Assembly (NCBI GenBank): GCA_963842085.1
Contig: CAWJET010000002.1
Coordinates: 512,001 to 576,000 of the forward strand
Length of the DNA: 64,000 bases
Direction of reading: 5' to 3'
Origin: an uncultured delta proteobacterium
Lineage (GTDB): Bacteria; Desulfobacterota; Binatia; Binatales; Binataceae
The notes under the pieces were generated by a model. The model searched no databases. It was not told the DNA's origin and was given only the letters and a program-made list of their open reading frames with translations. A program made the translations under genes and the position numbers. Position 1 is the first letter of the stretch. Every line of letters starts with the position of its first letter. Below are positions 1 to 11,900 of the stretch, in pieces.

Positions 1-124
1 ACGCACTACGGTGCACGCTGGCCGTGGCCTTTAACTATCACGAGAAATGTTGCTACTGCAAATCCTCGTCCTTCAGCGGACTTGATCGGGCGAGCTAATC
101 CCTCAGCGCGTCCGGCAGTACGCG

Positions 125-835
125 TCAGATGCCCTGAATCGGAGATGACCAGCGTGAGAATACCGTGTCCGAGATCTTTTCCAGCGACGGTAGGAACTCG
201 GCCGCCTCAGCGATCATTCGATCGGCGGCGATATTCTCGCGGACTAATTCTTTTGCGAACGCGTTGGCCATCGCGGCTACACCCTCGCGCGTCACCTCGA
301 AATGAAACTGGAAGCCGTAGGCTTTGTCGCCGTGGCGAAACGCCTGGCACGGCGTCTGGTCCGACGATGCGAGTGAGACCGCGCCCGGCGGCAGATCGAA
401 GATGTCGCCGTGCCAATGGAACGGCGTCATCGTCGCGGGCAAGCCGCGCATCAGGCGATCATCCTTAGCCGAATCGTGCAGGCGAATCGGATGCCAGCCG
501 ATTTCCTTGCCGGCGGGGTTGCGATCGACCTTTGCGCCGAGTGCGGCCGCGAGAATCTGCGCGCCCAGGCATACGCCGAGCATCGGCAGATTCGATTTCA
601 TCGCGTCTTCGATCAGGCGCATCTCGTCGCGCAGCCACGGATAGCGGTCGGTCTGATAGACGCCCATCGGCCCGCCCATGATGACGAGGCCGCCGGCCCC
701 CTTCATGTTCGCGGGCACGGGCTGGCCGTCGTGAATGCGCACGTATTGCCAGGCGAGCGCGGCGCCCTCGAGCGCGTCGGCGATGGTGCCGAGGTTCTCG
801 ACCGGGTGATGCTGGAGGACGTAAACCTTCGCCAT
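125..835 (-). CDS. Class I glutamine amidotransferase (GMP synthase-like GATase1)
   Basis: GGPMG, GVCLGAQ nucleophile motif and FQFHFE His-Glu motif; starts 5 bp after the ruvB stop. Confidence 0.9.
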   Translation of the reverse strand: MAKVYVLQHHPVENLGTIADALEGAALAWQYVRIHDGQPVPANMKGAGGLVIMGGPMGVYQTDRYPWLRDEMRLIEDAMKSNLPMLGVCLGAQILAAALGAKVDRNPAGKEIGWHPIRLHDSAKDDRLMRGLPATMTPFHWHGDIFDLPPGAVSLASSDQTPCQAFRHGDKAYGFQFHFEVTREGVAAMANAFAKELVRENIAADRMIAEAAEFLPSLEKISDTVFSRWSSPIQGI

Positions 836-840
836 AGACG

Positions 841-1896
841 CTAGAGCAACGTGCCGTGGCGGACGCGGCCGAGATGCGCATAGGCGCGCTGGGTGGCGAC
901 GCGGCCGCGCGACGTGCGCGCCAGGAATCCCTCCTGCAGCAGGTAGGGTTCGTAAACTTCTTCGATGGTGTCGGACTCCTCGCCGACCGCCGCGGCAAGG
1001 CTCTCGACGCCGACGGGACCGCCGTCGAACTTGTCGATGATCGCGCCGAGTATCGCGCGGTCCATCTTGTCGAAACCGGCGGTGTCGATTTCGAGGAGCT
1101 CGAGCGCGGCCAGCGCGATTTCGCGGGTGACGACCGGCGCTTCGTTGACCTGCGCGAAATCGCGCACGCGGCGCAGCAGGCGGTTGGCGATTCGCGGCGT
1201 GCCGCGCGAGCGCGATGCGAGTTCATGCGCCCCAGCCTCGTCGATTTCTACGTTCAACAGCGCCGCGGAGCGGCGGACAATCTCGCCCAGCTCGGCGTGA
1301 TTGTAAAAGTCCAGATGGAAATGCTGTCCGAAGCGGTCGCGCAGCGGCGAGCTGAGCAGGCCCGAGCGCGTGGTCGCGCCGACCAGCGTGAACGGATTCA
1401 CCGACAGCTTCATCGTGCGCGCGCCCATCCCCTCGCCCACCACGATGTGAAATTCGAAATCCTCCATCGCGGAGTAAAGCCGCTCCTCGACGACGCGCTG
1501 CAGGCGATGAATCTCGTCGATAAAGAGCACGTCGTGCTCTTCTAGGTTGTTCACGATCGCGGCGAGGTCGGCCGCGCGCTCGATCGCGGGACCGGAGGTG
1601 ACGTGGACGTTGACGCCGAGCTCGCGCGCGATGATGTGCGCGAGCGAGGTCTTGCCGAGGCCGGGCGGTCCCGCGAACAGCACGTGATCGAGCACCTCGG
1701 CGCGGCCGCGGGCCGCGGTGATCGACATGCCGAGAATTTTCTTGGTGCGCTCCTGTCCGATGAACTCGGCGAGCGCGCGCGGTCGCAGCGCGAGATCGAG
1801 CCGACGATCGTCCTCGTGGCCGACGCGCGCGGCGAGCCGTCCTTCCGCGGCAGGCGCTTCCGCACGGGCATCTTCGCGAGAGTTATTTTTCGCCAA
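841..1896 (-). CDS. ruvB: Holliday junction branch migration ATPase RuvB
   Basis: LRP..L.EFIGQ, Walker [39 protein letters not shown]; TTG start. Confidence 0.98.
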   Translation of the reverse strand: MAKNNSREDARAEAPAAEGRLAARVGHEDDRRLDLALRPRALAEFIGQERTKKILGMSITAARGRAEVLDHVLFAGPPGLGKTSLAHIIARELGVNVHVTSGPAIERAADLAAIVNNLEEHDVLFIDEIHRLQRVVEERLYSAMEDFEFHIVVGEGMGARTMKLSVNPFTLVGATTRSGLLSSPLRDRFGQHFHLDFYNHAELGEIVRRSAALLNVEIDEAGAHELASRSRGTPRIANRLLRRVRDFAQVNEAPVVTREIALAALELLEIDTAGFDKMDRAILGAIIDKFDGGPVGVESLAAAVGEESDTIEEVYEPYLLQEGFLARTSRGRVATQRAYAHLGRVRHGTLL

Positions 1897-2524
1897 GCAG
1901 CACCGCCAATGACTTGCGGATTATCACTTCGGGATTCTCCGCGGCGCCGGCGTCCGCGGCAATGACCGCATCCACGGTGCGCTTCGCTTCAACCGGCTTC
2001 ATGCCGAGATTCACGAGCGCGGAGACTGCTTCGTCCGCAGGACCCGCCGGTCGTCCATTGCCGTCAGGCACGGGGCGCAGATGACCGTTGGAAGCGCTAG
2101 TGGACGGTGCCGCCATTTTGAGTTCGGCGACTTTGTCGCGCAGTTCGCGCACGACCCGCTCCGCCACCTTGGGACCGACGCCGGGCACCGCGTCGATTCG
2201 CTCGATGTCGCCCTTGCCGATTGCGGCGACCAGTTCTTCGGGCGCGAGCACCGAGAGGATCGCGAGCGCCAGCTTGGGCCCGACGTGTTGCACGCTCATC
2301 AGCAGGTCGAAGGCGCGCTTTTCGGTTGCGCTGGAAAAGCCGTAGAGCGTGAGCGCGTCCTCGCGCACGACCTGGCGAATTTCGAGCGCGACGCGCTCGC
2401 CGATACCGGGCAAGCGGTAGTAGGTGCTCAGCGGGATCAGCACTTCGTAGCCGACGCCGCCGGTCTCGACCACGATGCGGCCCGCGTCGCGAGCAACCAG
2501 CGTGCCTGAGAGCGACGCAATCAT
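1883..2524 (-). CDS. ruvA: Holliday junction DNA-binding protein RuvA
   Basis: MIASLSG start at 2524, [18 protein letters not shown], HhH motifs VGPKLA and [10 protein letters not shown]-terminal SALVNLG. Confidence 0.97.
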   Translation of the reverse strand: MIASLSGTLVARDAGRIVVETGGVGYEVLIPLSTYYRLPGIGERVALEIRQVVREDALTLYGFSSATEKRAFDLLMSVQHVGPKLALAILSVLAPEELVAAIGKGDIERIDAVPGVGPKVAERVVRELRDKVAELKMAAPSTSASNGHLRPVPDGNGRPAGPADEAVSALVNLGMKPVEAKRTVDAVIAADAGAAENPEVIIRKSLAVLLGEK

Positions 2525-3072
2525 TGCGGCACCATCCGGGGTTTGCGCGGACGCGTCGCAGGCGGACGAAAGCGTTCGACCGCGTCGACGAGATTGGGGA
2601 TGCGTCCGCGGCCGAGATGACACAGCGCGAGCGCGAGCGCGTCGGCGGCGTCGTCGGCGAGATCGATGCCAGGATCGAGCTTCAGCGTCTTGCGCACCAT
2701 GTACTTCACCTGCGCCTTGTCGGCGTGTCCATGGCCGGCGACGCAGAGCTTAACTTCGTTGGGCGGATATTCGTACATCGCGAGGCCGCGCTCCGCCGCC
2801 GCTAGCATCGCCATCGCCCGCGCCTCGCCGAGGCGAAACGCACTTTGCACGTTGGCGGCGACAAAGTGGCGTTCGAGGCTTAGCGCTGTGGGCGAGAACT
2901 CGTCGATGACGGCGAGCAGAGCTTGGTGGATGCGGTGCAATCGCGCGGCCCCCGGCGCGAGCGACGCGCATCGAATCGTCCCCGCGGTCACGTAGTGTGC
3001 GCCTCCGTCCGGGCCTTGCACGACGCCGAAACCGCATACCGCACTCCCGGGATCCACCCCGAGTATCCGCAT
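2521..3072 (-). CDS. ruvC: Holliday junction resolvase RuvC
   Basis: MRILGVDPG start, SLE, GHGHADKAQV, DDAADALALALCH acidic catalytic residues. Confidence 0.96.
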   Translation of the reverse strand: MRILGVDPGSAVCGFGVVQGPDGGAHYVTAGTIRCASLAPGAARLHRIHQALLAVIDEFSPTALSLERHFVAANVQSAFRLGEARAMAMLAAAERGLAMYEYPPNEVKLCVAGHGHADKAQVKYMVRKTLKLDPGIDLADDAADALALALCHLGRGRIPNLVDAVERFRPPATRPRKPRMVPQ

Positions 3073-3103
3073 ACCCCACCTCCACTTGCAGAACCCGCGC
3101 GGA

Positions 3104-3856
3104 CTACGCCGCCGAGAACTGCGCCATCTCTTCATCGCTGATGTCGAAGTTGGCGGCGACGTGTTGCACGTCGTCGTGATCCTCGAGTTCTTCCATCAGC
3201 TTGAGCACCTGCCCAGCCGCGTGGCCGGAAACTGCGACCGTATTTTCGGGAATCCGCGCTTGCTCCGAATGCGCGATCGCGAGTCCGGCTTTCTCCAGCG
3301 CGTCGCGCACGGCGTTCAGTTTGTCCGGCGAAGTGAGGACCTGGAACATGTCGCCGTCGCTGGTGACGTCGTCGGCGCCGGCGTCGAGCGCGAGTTCGAG
3401 CAGCTTGTCTTCGTCGATGGCGGATTTTTCGATTCCGATCACGCCGCGCTTCTTGAACATCCAGCCGACGCATCCGGCCTCGCCCAGGTTGCCGCCATGC
3501 CGCGAGAAGATGAAGCGCATTTCCGCGACGGTGCGATTGCGATTGTCCGAGAGCACGTCGACCATGATCGCGACGCCGCCGGGGCCGTAGCCTTCGTAGG
3601 TGATTTCCTCGAGCGATGCGCCGCCGATTTCGCCGGTGCCCTTCTTGATCGCGCGATCGATGTTGTCGTTGGGCATCGACTGTTTCTTGGCGACCGTCAC
3701 TGCGGTGCGCAGGCGCGGGTTGGAATTGATATCGCCGCCGCCGAGCCGCGCCGCGATCGTGATTTCCTTGATCAGCTTGGTGAAGACGCGGCCGCGCTTC
3801 GAGTCGGTGATCGCCTTCTTATGCTTGATCGAGCTCCATTTCGAATGACCCGACAT
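3104..3856 (-). CDS. yebC: YebC/PmpR family protein
   Basis: [28 protein letters not shown]; canonical position before ruvC. Confidence 0.97.
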   Translation of the reverse strand: MSGHSKWSSIKHKKAITDSKRGRVFTKLIKEITIAARLGGGDINSNPRLRTAVTVAKKQSMPNDNIDRAIKKGTGEIGGASLEEITYEGYGPGGVAIMVDVLSDNRNRTVAEMRFIFSRHGGNLGEAGCVGWMFKKRGVIGIEKSAIDEDKLLELALDAGADDVTSDGDMFQVLTSPDKLNAVRDALEKAGLAIAHSEQARIPENTVAVSGHAAGQVLKLMEELEDHDDVQHVAANFDISDEEMAQFSAA

Positions 3857-4044
3857 GGCAACTACCCTCGAACGGGACAACCCTGCAGGCGGGTCCCTGA
3901 CGCAGACGAGATTACCATAAAGATCCGTAGAAGGGGGAATGGCTTGGAGGCGATAGCGTTGCCACGGGCGAGTGTGAAAAACTTGGACTTGCCCCGCTCC
4001 GCATCTGTTATCACGCGGTCGCGAACGATCCGACGAACGGGGCG

Positions 4045-4743
4045 ATGTGTGCAGTGAAACTTTCGATTCCAGGCCTGATTGCGCTGCTGTTTGTCGCTGG
4101 ATGCTTCTATCCGCCGGTTACGCAGCCGCCGCCCGACGCACAGCAGCAAGTGGTGATTCCGCTGCCGTACGATCTGGCGTGGGACGCGGTGAACGGCGTT
4201 ATCACACAGAATTCGTTCCACGTGCAGGCGCAGGACATGACCAACGGGATCATCGAAGCGGTCGGCCCGCGCTTCACGTTGCGCGACGCCGACTGCGGAA
4301 AGATAAAGAGCATCGCCGGCGCCTACACCGCCGAACCGGAGCCGGACTCCTCGTCGGTGTACAACTTCCTGGTGAGGCCGCGGGGACCGGAGGCGAGCCT
4401 GGTCGAGGTGCGCGCCACGTTCAACTCGGCGGTCAAGGTCCCGCTGCACCCGGCCACCGACGTCGATTGCGTGTCGCATGGAATCCAGGAGTCGAATCTG
4501 CTCCGCGAAGTGCTGGTCCAGGCGAAGAAGACGCATCGCCCGGTATTCGCCAAGCCGAGCGGCTCGCCGCAACAGGCAGCGTCGTCGGCGAGCATCCAAC
4601 CGTCGGCGCCGGCGACGGGGCAGAATAGAGCCGGGCCGCCGTCGTCGATTGACAGAACTGAATCGCCCGCGAACATATCGACTTCGATGCATGGATTTTC
4701 GCTTGGCGGGAATCTTAATCTGCCGGCGCCTCCGCCGCAGTAA
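4045..4743 (+). CDS. Hypothetical lipoprotein with Pro/Ser-rich tail
   Basis: Hydrophobic signal with lipobox VAGC; start may be the GTG at 4054; motifs resemble 60015..60500. Confidence 0.7.
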   Translation: MCAVKLSIPGLIALLFVAGCFYPPVTQPPPDAQQQVVIPLPYDLAWDAVNGVITQNSFHVQAQDMTNGIIEAVGPRFTLRDADCGKIKSIAGAYTAEPEPDSSSVYNFLVRPRGPEASLVEVRATFNSAVKVPLHPATDVDCVSHGIQESNLLREVLVQAKKTHRPVFAKPSGSPQQAASSASIQPSAPATGQNRAGPPSSIDRTESPANISTSMHGFSLGGNLNLPAPPPQ

Positions 4744-4887
4744 ACCAGGACACTTGCGGGCTTGACATTTCTTTCGTCCGGGGTGAAACCGGGGGCAGGG
4801 GCCAGCCCCTGCACCCAAGTCAGGAGTCGGCTCCGTTGTCGCCGACGTTTGCTTGCGGATCTGATCGTTTCTACTGAGAGGAATGCT

Positions 4888-5970
4888 ATGAAAGGTCGCG
4901 TCGCGTTTATCCCCGCTGCACACAAAATTGAATTTCACGAGTACGACGTGCCGGCGCCTGCGACTGGCGGACTGGTCGCGTCGGTCACGCAGACCAACGT
5001 GTGCGGTTCCGAAGTGCATATGTGGAAGGGCGAGTTCGGGCGCCGGGGCGTGATGCCGGGGCATGAGATGAGCGGGCGAATCGAGGCGCTGGGCGCGGGT
5101 GTGCGAACGGATTGGGCGGGCGTGCCGGTCACGGAGGGCGATCGAATCGCGCCGGTTTACTACACGGTCTGCAATCGATGCGCGAACTGCGTGAGCGGGA
5201 ATCATGCGGCATGCACCGCCAAGACGCTCGGCGCGCGGCATCCCGACGAGCCGCCGCATTTCACGGCCACCTTCGCGACGCATTACGTGGTGAAGCCCGA
5301 GCAGCACTTTTATCGCGTGCCCGACAACGTGCCGGACCTGGTCGCGTCCTCGGCGAATTGCGCGATGTCGCAGGTGTTCTGGAGTCTCGATCGAGCGCGT
5401 CTGGCTTACGGCGAGACGTTGATGGTGCTCGGCGCCGGAGGACTCGGGCTGCATGCGATGGCGATCGCGAAGGCGCGCGGCGCGCGCGTGATCGCGGTCG
5501 ACGGCGTGGATTTGCGGCTGCGCGAGGCGCGGCGATTCGGGGCCGACGAGACCGTCGATATGCGCGAGCACCCCGACGCCGAAGCTCGCGACAAGCGCGT
5601 GCGCGAGCTATGCGCCGGATGGCCCGACGTAGTGCTGGAAGTGGCGGGAGTGCCCGAGGCGTTCAGCGAAGCGCTCCGGATGGTGCGCATAGGAGGGCGC
5701 GTGATCGAAGTCGGGAACATCTCGTCGGGCTTGACCCTGCAACTGGCGCCGTCCGTGATCACGTTCAAGTCGTTGGAAATTATTGGCGTGGCGACCTATC
5801 CGCCGCACTACCTGAAGAAGTCGCTGGACTTCCTGGCCGCGAATATTGACCGCCTGCCCTACCGCGAGATGTGCGACGCGACGTTCCCGCTCTCACGAGC
5901 AGCGGAGGCGCTGGATAAAAGTGAGCGCCGCGAAGTCACGCGCGCAGGATTGCTGCCTGAACGCGATTAG
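4888..5970 (+). CDS. Zinc-binding alcohol dehydrogenase (MDR family)
   Basis: CGSEVH, GHE, structural Zn motif CNRCANC-x7-C, GAGGLG; ATG at 4888 after GAGAGGA. Confidence 0.92.
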   Translation: MKGRVAFIPAAHKIEFHEYDVPAPATGGLVASVTQTNVCGSEVHMWKGEFGRRGVMPGHEMSGRIEALGAGVRTDWAGVPVTEGDRIAPVYYTVCNRCANCVSGNHAACTAKTLGARHPDEPPHFTATFATHYVVKPEQHFYRVPDNVPDLVASSANCAMSQVFWSLDRARLAYGETLMVLGAGGLGLHAMAIAKARGARVIAVDGVDLRLREARRFGADETVDMREHPDAEARDKRVRELCAGWPDVVLEVAGVPEAFSEALRMVRIGGRVIEVGNISSGLTLQLAPSVITFKSLEIIGVATYPPHYLKKSLDFLAANIDRLPYREMCDATFPLSRAAEALDKSERREVTRAGLLPERD

Positions 5971-5971
5971 C

Positions 5972-6058
5972 CATTTCCCCCTCTCCCTGCAAGAACCTTG
6001 GCATAACAAGCGCGCGACGCTTTCTTCCCCTCTCCCTTCATGGGAGAGGGGAAGAAAG
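5972..6058. repeat. Repeat family B copy with a perfect 17-bp hairpin (possible terminator between convergent genes)
   Basis: CTTTCTTCCCCTCTCCC-TTCAT-GGGAGAGGGGAAGAAAG at 6020-6058; related to 12967-13058 and 39681-39873. Confidence 0.75.
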
Positions 6059-6084
6059 GATGGAGAACGGAGAAACGGATCCGG

Positions 6085-6160
6085 GATTCTACGGCTGATC
6101 GCCTTCAGAATGACAAAATCAACGCGACCAGAGCGACGGCGCGACGCCTTCAGAATGACA
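6085..6160. repeat. Two degenerate family A REP ends
   Basis: GCCTTCAGAATGACA occurs twice, ending at 6115 and 6160; reverse complement of the TGTCAT(C/T)CTGA terminus. Confidence 0.6.
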
Positions 6161-6174
6161 AAGGATGATCCCGC

Positions 6175-8188
6175 CTAGCCGGCGTGGTCGGGGATTAGTG
6201 CTTCGGCGGGGACGATTTCGTTGTCCGAGGCGCCGGGGAGTTTCCAGTAGAGGTGCAGGTAGGAGCCGCCGCCGATGTTTCGCTCGCCAACCTCGATGCG
6301 ATGCGGGCCTTCGGTGAGGTGGATGCGGCCGGCGTCGTGGCTCTTGTTGATCAGGCCGGGATCGCGAATCACCTGCGTGTCGTCGACGGTGACCCATCCG
6401 GAGTCGTCAACGTCGATGGTGAACTCGTAGTCGCCGGTTTTTGGCGCGAGCAGAGTGCCGCGCCAGATGTCGCACGACGGAAACGGCATCGCGCCCATCT
6501 CGGCAATATCATTGAAGTTCAGTTGCGGGTCGACTCGCACGATATGTGGCGCGGTCTCGCCGCATTGGTCGCCGACGTAGTATCTGCCGAGCAAGCCATG
6601 TCGACCGCACTGCACAAACGGCTGCATGATTCGCTGATTCATCGAGAGCAGGAAGACCGACGCGATCCCCGCCGTCACGGCGGTTTGCGTCAGGCGGCGC
6701 GACACGCCATCGCCCCAGAGCCCGAGAGTTTCCGACAGATCGAACGAGCCGAAAATCCAGAACACCGCCAGCGGCCAGAGCTGGAATGGGCCGGGCAGTC
6801 CGACGAGCTTGCCGAGGTTGAAGGCGACGGAGTCGCCGACGATCATGCCGCCGCCGAAGAATGCGTCGCGGTTGGTGGCGAAGTCGCCGCGCATGAATTG
6901 TTGCAGCGCAAAGTCGCGCACCGGGTTGTCATATTCGTAGGGAAAATGCGGATTGGTCGCGGTCGCCATCAGCATGATCGCGGCCGACAGCGCGCCGGTC
7001 GCACCCAGCAGCCAGTTGCAGGCGGCGGGAAGAAAAGCGAGCGCCAGGACCATGAATGGAACCGAGGCGACGATTTGCCGCGGGCCGGTCGCGGTGCCGC
7101 CGCCCCACGATACGATCGATTCGCCGTATGAGGCGTTGAACAGGAACAACACGACGAACGAATAGACCGTGACGACGAATTCGGCGCGCCATCGCTTGAG
7201 CCGCGCGAAATAGCCGACGCCGACAATCGACAGCAGCAGAACCGGATTGCAGAAGAACAACCCCGTTGCGGATCGAGCAGTACGTTCCACAGAATCCGCA
7301 TCTTCGGATAGGTCAAGCCGACGAAGCCGACCGCCTGCTCCGGGAATTGGCGATTCTCGGCGGGCGAGAGCTTGAATGCCTGATAACTGAAGAAGAACGG
7401 ATTGCCGAAGGCGCCCCAGTTGTAGGCGAGCATGATCGCGACTGTGATTGCGGCGCCGGCCGAAAACGCCGCCAGGCTCGTCGAATCGCGCAGCTTAAAC
7501 AGAGCGTAAACGCCGATCGCCGCGGCGACCAGCAGGACCGGATAATCGTTGAGCACGGCCCATCCCGCCAGAAAGCCGGCGGCAAACGCGCGCGCCGGCG
7601 ACGGGCGGGTGTCGAAGGTCGCCAGCAGGTAGAACGCGCTGAAGACGCATACCGCGGCGACCGGTTCGCCGGTGAGCTCGGTCGCGTACGGAAACGCGAT
7701 CGTCGCAAGCCCGAGAATCAGCGCGACGCCGGACGCGCGGCCCTCCGACGCGCCCAGGAATCGCGCGAAGCGAAACATGACGACGCACAGCGCCGAGACA
7801 AGCAACCCGGTCGTGAACACCGTCGTCAGGTATGTGACAAACGCCCAGTACAGCGGCTCATGAGCCGCGCTCATCGGCAGCAGCGCGATTCGGAAAACCA
7901 CCCACGGGATCAACGCGGTATAGGACGTGCCGGGCGCCTTGACGGAATAAATGTGGCCGTGAAGGGTGACGATGTCGCGGTGTTGAAGCCGCAAAAATCG
8001 TTGATCCACAGCGCTCCCTTCTCGATCATCGAGCGCATCAGGTCGAAGCGGCACGCGACGCTCTGGTCGGCGGCCTGGTAAAAGTAGGCGTAGGTGATGA
8101 ACGGGATGAGGAAGAGCGCCGCCTCTATTTGCCGGATGCGATCCTCGGGAGCAGGCGCGCGGCGGGAATTCGGAGCGGCCCACTTCAT
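6175..8188 (-). pseudogene. GT-C-like polytopic membrane glycosyltransferase with C-terminal PA14 domain, split by two frameshifts (pseudogene or sequencing error)
   Basis: ATG at 8188 overlaps the upstream stop (ATGA). Frames join as FNT|DIVTLHGHIYSVKAPG at ~7978 and PQRG|LFFCNP at ~7262. PA14 signature GLLGRYY...WRGTL...GDYEFTIDVDDSG...LYWKLPG. Confidence 0.75.
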
Positions 8189-8958
8189 CGTTTGTGCGAA
8201 CGCCCCGACATGGCGGCGCGAAGCGGATTGAAGATGCGAAAGTCGTCGTCGCCGAATATGCGCCAACCCACCCACGCGGTCCCTGCCAGCGCCGCGAACG
8301 TGAACACCAGCGAGATTGGCGAGCCGATCGGCTTGGGAGCACCCTGTTGCCGAATCGCCATCAAGTCGTAAGTGGGAGTCGCGCTCGGCGGCGGGGCGTC
8401 AATCTTCACCAGCGACGCATTTCTGAAAAATGCTTTGCCGGTGTTGAGGCTGCCGAATCCCCCCACCCGCAGCGCTACGTCGATGTCGGCGCCGTGTCCG
8501 CCGACCTTGAGATACAGCGTCACACGCTGCCAGTCGGTGGTGCCGTGGATATCGGCGGACATGATGCCGTCTTCCATGACCGAGATCGACGCGCCGGATT
8601 CCTTGGCGCCGACGTTTTCAGTGCGGAGATCGACGCTGAGTTGATACCATCCGGGCGCCAGGGTAAGCGGCTGCATCCAGCGCCCGTCGTTGGCCTGAAG
8701 GTTGTCAACCTCGAGTTCGCAGGGCTTATCGGTGTACGAATGCCAATGGGTCTGGAACGCTTCGGGATTGTTAATCCAGGCCTCGGTACGCCACGAATCC
8801 GGCTGATCTTCGGAGCCCTTGGCGAAGTCGCCGTTGAGCAGCAGGTTTTTTTGCTCGGCGGCGGCGCGACAGGGCGTGGATGCGGCGGCCAGTATCGCGC
8901 AAAGAAAAACTGCGCAGAGCAGGCTCGCGTGGCGACGCGAACGCGGGCAGGCAATCAT
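8185..8958 (-). CDS. Exported carbohydrate-binding-module-like (CBM4/9-type beta-sandwich) protein with C-terminal membrane anchor
   Basis: Signal peptide, NLLLNGDF, NDGRWMQ, GTTDWQRV, LRVGGFGSLNTGKAFF, C-terminal TM; ATGA-coupled on both sides. Confidence 0.75.
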   Translation of the reverse strand: MIACPRSRRHASLLCAVFLCAILAAASTPCRAAAEQKNLLLNGDFAKGSEDQPDSWRTEAWINNPEAFQTHWHSYTDKPCELEVDNLQANDGRWMQPLTLAPGWYQLSVDLRTENVGAKESGASISVMEDGIMSADIHGTTDWQRVTLYLKVGGHGADIDVALRVGGFGSLNTGKAFFRNASLVKIDAPPPSATPTYDLMAIRQQGAPKPIGSPISLVFTFAALAGTAWVGWRIFGDDDFRIFNPLRAAMSGRSHKR

Positions 8959-11900
8959 ATCCAATTGTGCAGCCCCGAGCCTTGCAGCCACATCCGAGCG
9001 TAGTATCCGCTGCGGCTGATCGGCATGCCGACCCAAATCGGGAAGTAGTACACGAACAGAATCAGCGCCGTGACTAAGAACACACTGGCTACGTAGCGGC
9101 CCGAGTAGCGAGTCCACAGCAGAAAAAAGCAGTAGGCGCCCACCACCACGAGGAACGTGAGCCATCCCCACGTCGGCGGCAGGCCGAGGAAAAACACCGG
9201 CGTCATCGTCAGCAACAGCGCCAGATGCTCCCACGGCTCGGCGCGTTCCTTGAAACATTCGGCGAGCAGAATCGCCAGCGCCAGGTAGCCGAAATAAACC
9301 GACGCCATGTAATGGTAGAGGAAGAGCGTGCGGCCGATCCAGGACCATATCAGCCAGTAGCTGAGATAGCCGATGACGAGAAACGAGCGGGTCAGGGTCG
9401 GGCGCTCGATCGCATTGACGGCGGTGATCGTGATCGCGGTCAGCGCGCCCCACCATAGGACCGGATTGCCGCCGCCCCACACCGTCTGTACGTCGCCGGT
9501 CTTGGGGAAGCTCTGCCAGTACGCGATCGGACGCAGCATCAGCGGCCAGCTCCACCAGGGCGACGCGTATGGATGGGTGGCGGACGCGACGCTCTTCTCG
9601 TACCAGATGACGTCGCTGTAGTAGTGAAGCAAATCAGCAATGCCGCCCCACCAACCGAGCCAGTAATGCGGGATGAACACCGCCAAGTAGGCAAACGCGG
9701 CGACAGAGCCTACCAGCACGAGCGCGCCGACGCTCGTCGGTTCGAGCACGCTCGACAGCGACGGCATCGGCAGCGACGGCGTCGCCGATGAGGTGCGCCG
9801 CCGCAACCAAATCTCCGCACCGCGCAGCGCCAAAAATGCGAAAACGATCAGCAGGCTGTAAGCGAGCGTCGCGCCGCTCAGGAAAAGCAGCAAGCCGAGG
9901 ACGATACAGGTCACGGAAATGAACAGCGCCGAGGTCTGATCGAAAAGGTCGATTCCGAGCGAGACCGGCGCAGGCACCTTGATTTTCGTCGGCTTGGAAT
10001 CGAGCGGCGCCTTTGATTCCACCGGCGGCGGCGCCGGCGCGGGTTCGGGGCGCTCCTTCGCAAGCACGTAGAGAATGAATCCCATCACCAGCAAAAAGGT
10101 TATCGCCGGGATGTAAAGCTTGCTGGCCAGGCACAAGCCCAAGGCAAGGCCGATCCACGGCAGGATGCGCCGGCGCGCACCCGCGTCGGGCGTCTGCGCG
10201 AATCTGAAAAAGAGCAGGTACGCGACCGCCGCGCAGGTTAGATAGACGATGTCGATGACGGCGTAGTGCGAGTCGACCAGGTACATCCCGTCACACAGGA
10301 GAATCCCGCCTGCCAGCGCACCGGCCAGCCGCGAGCCCGATATCCGGCGCCCGAGCAGGTACGTGATTCCTACCAGCGCGGTGCCGATTGTCGCGTTGCC
10401 GACTCGCCAACCAAACGGGTGATCGCCAAAGAGCAGGATGCCCAGAGCGATCACCAGCTTGGCCAGCGGCGGATGAGGATCGAGGAACGACTCGCCGTGC
10501 AGATAGTGCCGGCCTTGCGCGACAAAATGGACCTCGTCGAAAACGATCTCGGCGGGATGCCCCAGGTGCCAGAAGCGCGTGACCGCGGCGGCGATCAACA
10601 GCGCCGAGATGATGAGCGTATCGGCGGCGAGCCACGGGGGCGCCGAGGCCGGCGGCTCTTCGACGGATTCCTCGACCGGCCGGGGCGTCGCGAACCGGGC
10701 GAAGAACTCGCCGACGACACTGCTGGCGCCGCTTCGCTCCTGCATCCGCGCCGCGCCGTAATAAACCGCCAGCCCGAGCGCGGCCACGTTGAGCGCCGAG
10801 GTCGCCATCGCCAGCCCGTCGCGCGCGTCAAGGAACACCACGGTCTTAAGCGTGTGCAGAACGTAGACCAGATTGATCAAACAGGTGAGCGAAACCATTA
10901 CGAACACCGCGAGCATCTCGGGCGCTTCCAGAGCCAACGGCACCGCGAGTGTGATCGCCGGATAGAGGTACCGCTCGTGCATTCGCGGCGCAACCATGAA
11001 GAATCCAAAAATCGCGATGAACGACGCGAACAGCAGGCGCGCGGGCGTGCGGCCGCGCCATAAAATCCACGCAACATAGGCGTAGAGCGGCGCCAGCAGG
11101 CTCATGCCGAGCGTGAAGTATGAGATTCCCGCCAACGTGTTCGAATCCGGCTGGCGCAGCCCGCCAAGCAGCGCCACCAGGTTGAATGCGTTGACGGAAG
11201 TCTCGTGGTAGTACGCCGCGGTGGAAGTATAGAGCTTGATAATCCAGTTCCACTCGTGGCCAATTTGGAACGGCGCAATTCCGATGATTGCGACCGCGAG
11301 CAGCGCGACACCCGACCTGAGCCAGGTTGCAAAGTCGGTCTCGAGCATCGTCCATACGCCGAGCACGGGCAGCATCATCAAACCTTGCGGCTTGACCAGC
11401 ACCGCGATTGCGGCAAGTCCCCATGCGATTTCGTACTCCTCAACAAGAATCGACACGATGCTGAGCAGCGTGACGAACGCCATCACTGAATCGCTTTGAC
11501 CCCACACGACGGTGTCGAACAGCAGCGCCGGATTCAGCGCGACCATCAGCATCGCGGCAAAGGCCCACTGTGGCCGGCTGCCACGCCGCACGAACGCGTA
11601 CATGAGAAGCGCAAGCGTAAAGTCGGCGACGATCGCGGGACTCTCGATTATGACTCGGTAGAAATCTCCCGACGCGCCTATGGCATGCGCGATGATCCCC
11701 ACGACCCACAGCGCGTACAGGTAGCCGGGCGGGTAGTCGAGGAAGAATCCTTGCTGGTACGTATGCGCGGGACCGAACGTCGCGATTTGGCTCGCCCACG
11801 CCTGGTAGTCGCCGACGTCGGGGCCAAAGCCCGGAAAGTACGGCATCACCACGAGCTTCAAGGCGGCCAAAAACCCGAGCGCGAGCAGCGCGACAGTGAG

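Noticed and set aside
1-98. Possible 3' end of a + strand ORF ending at TAA 96-98
   Set aside because: Too short and truncated by the window edge; no recognisable motif.
3862-5571. Long antisense or alternative-frame ORFs (for example 3862..5571, 21625..23253, 30208..31686, 41930..43837, 60021..62273)
   Set aside because: Shadow ORFs typical of high-GC DNA that overlap well-supported genes; Arg/Ala-rich with no motifs.
7261-7264. Phase-variable poly-G tract
   Set aside because: Only four G residues, shorter than typical contingency tracts, and a second independent frameshift exists in the same gene.
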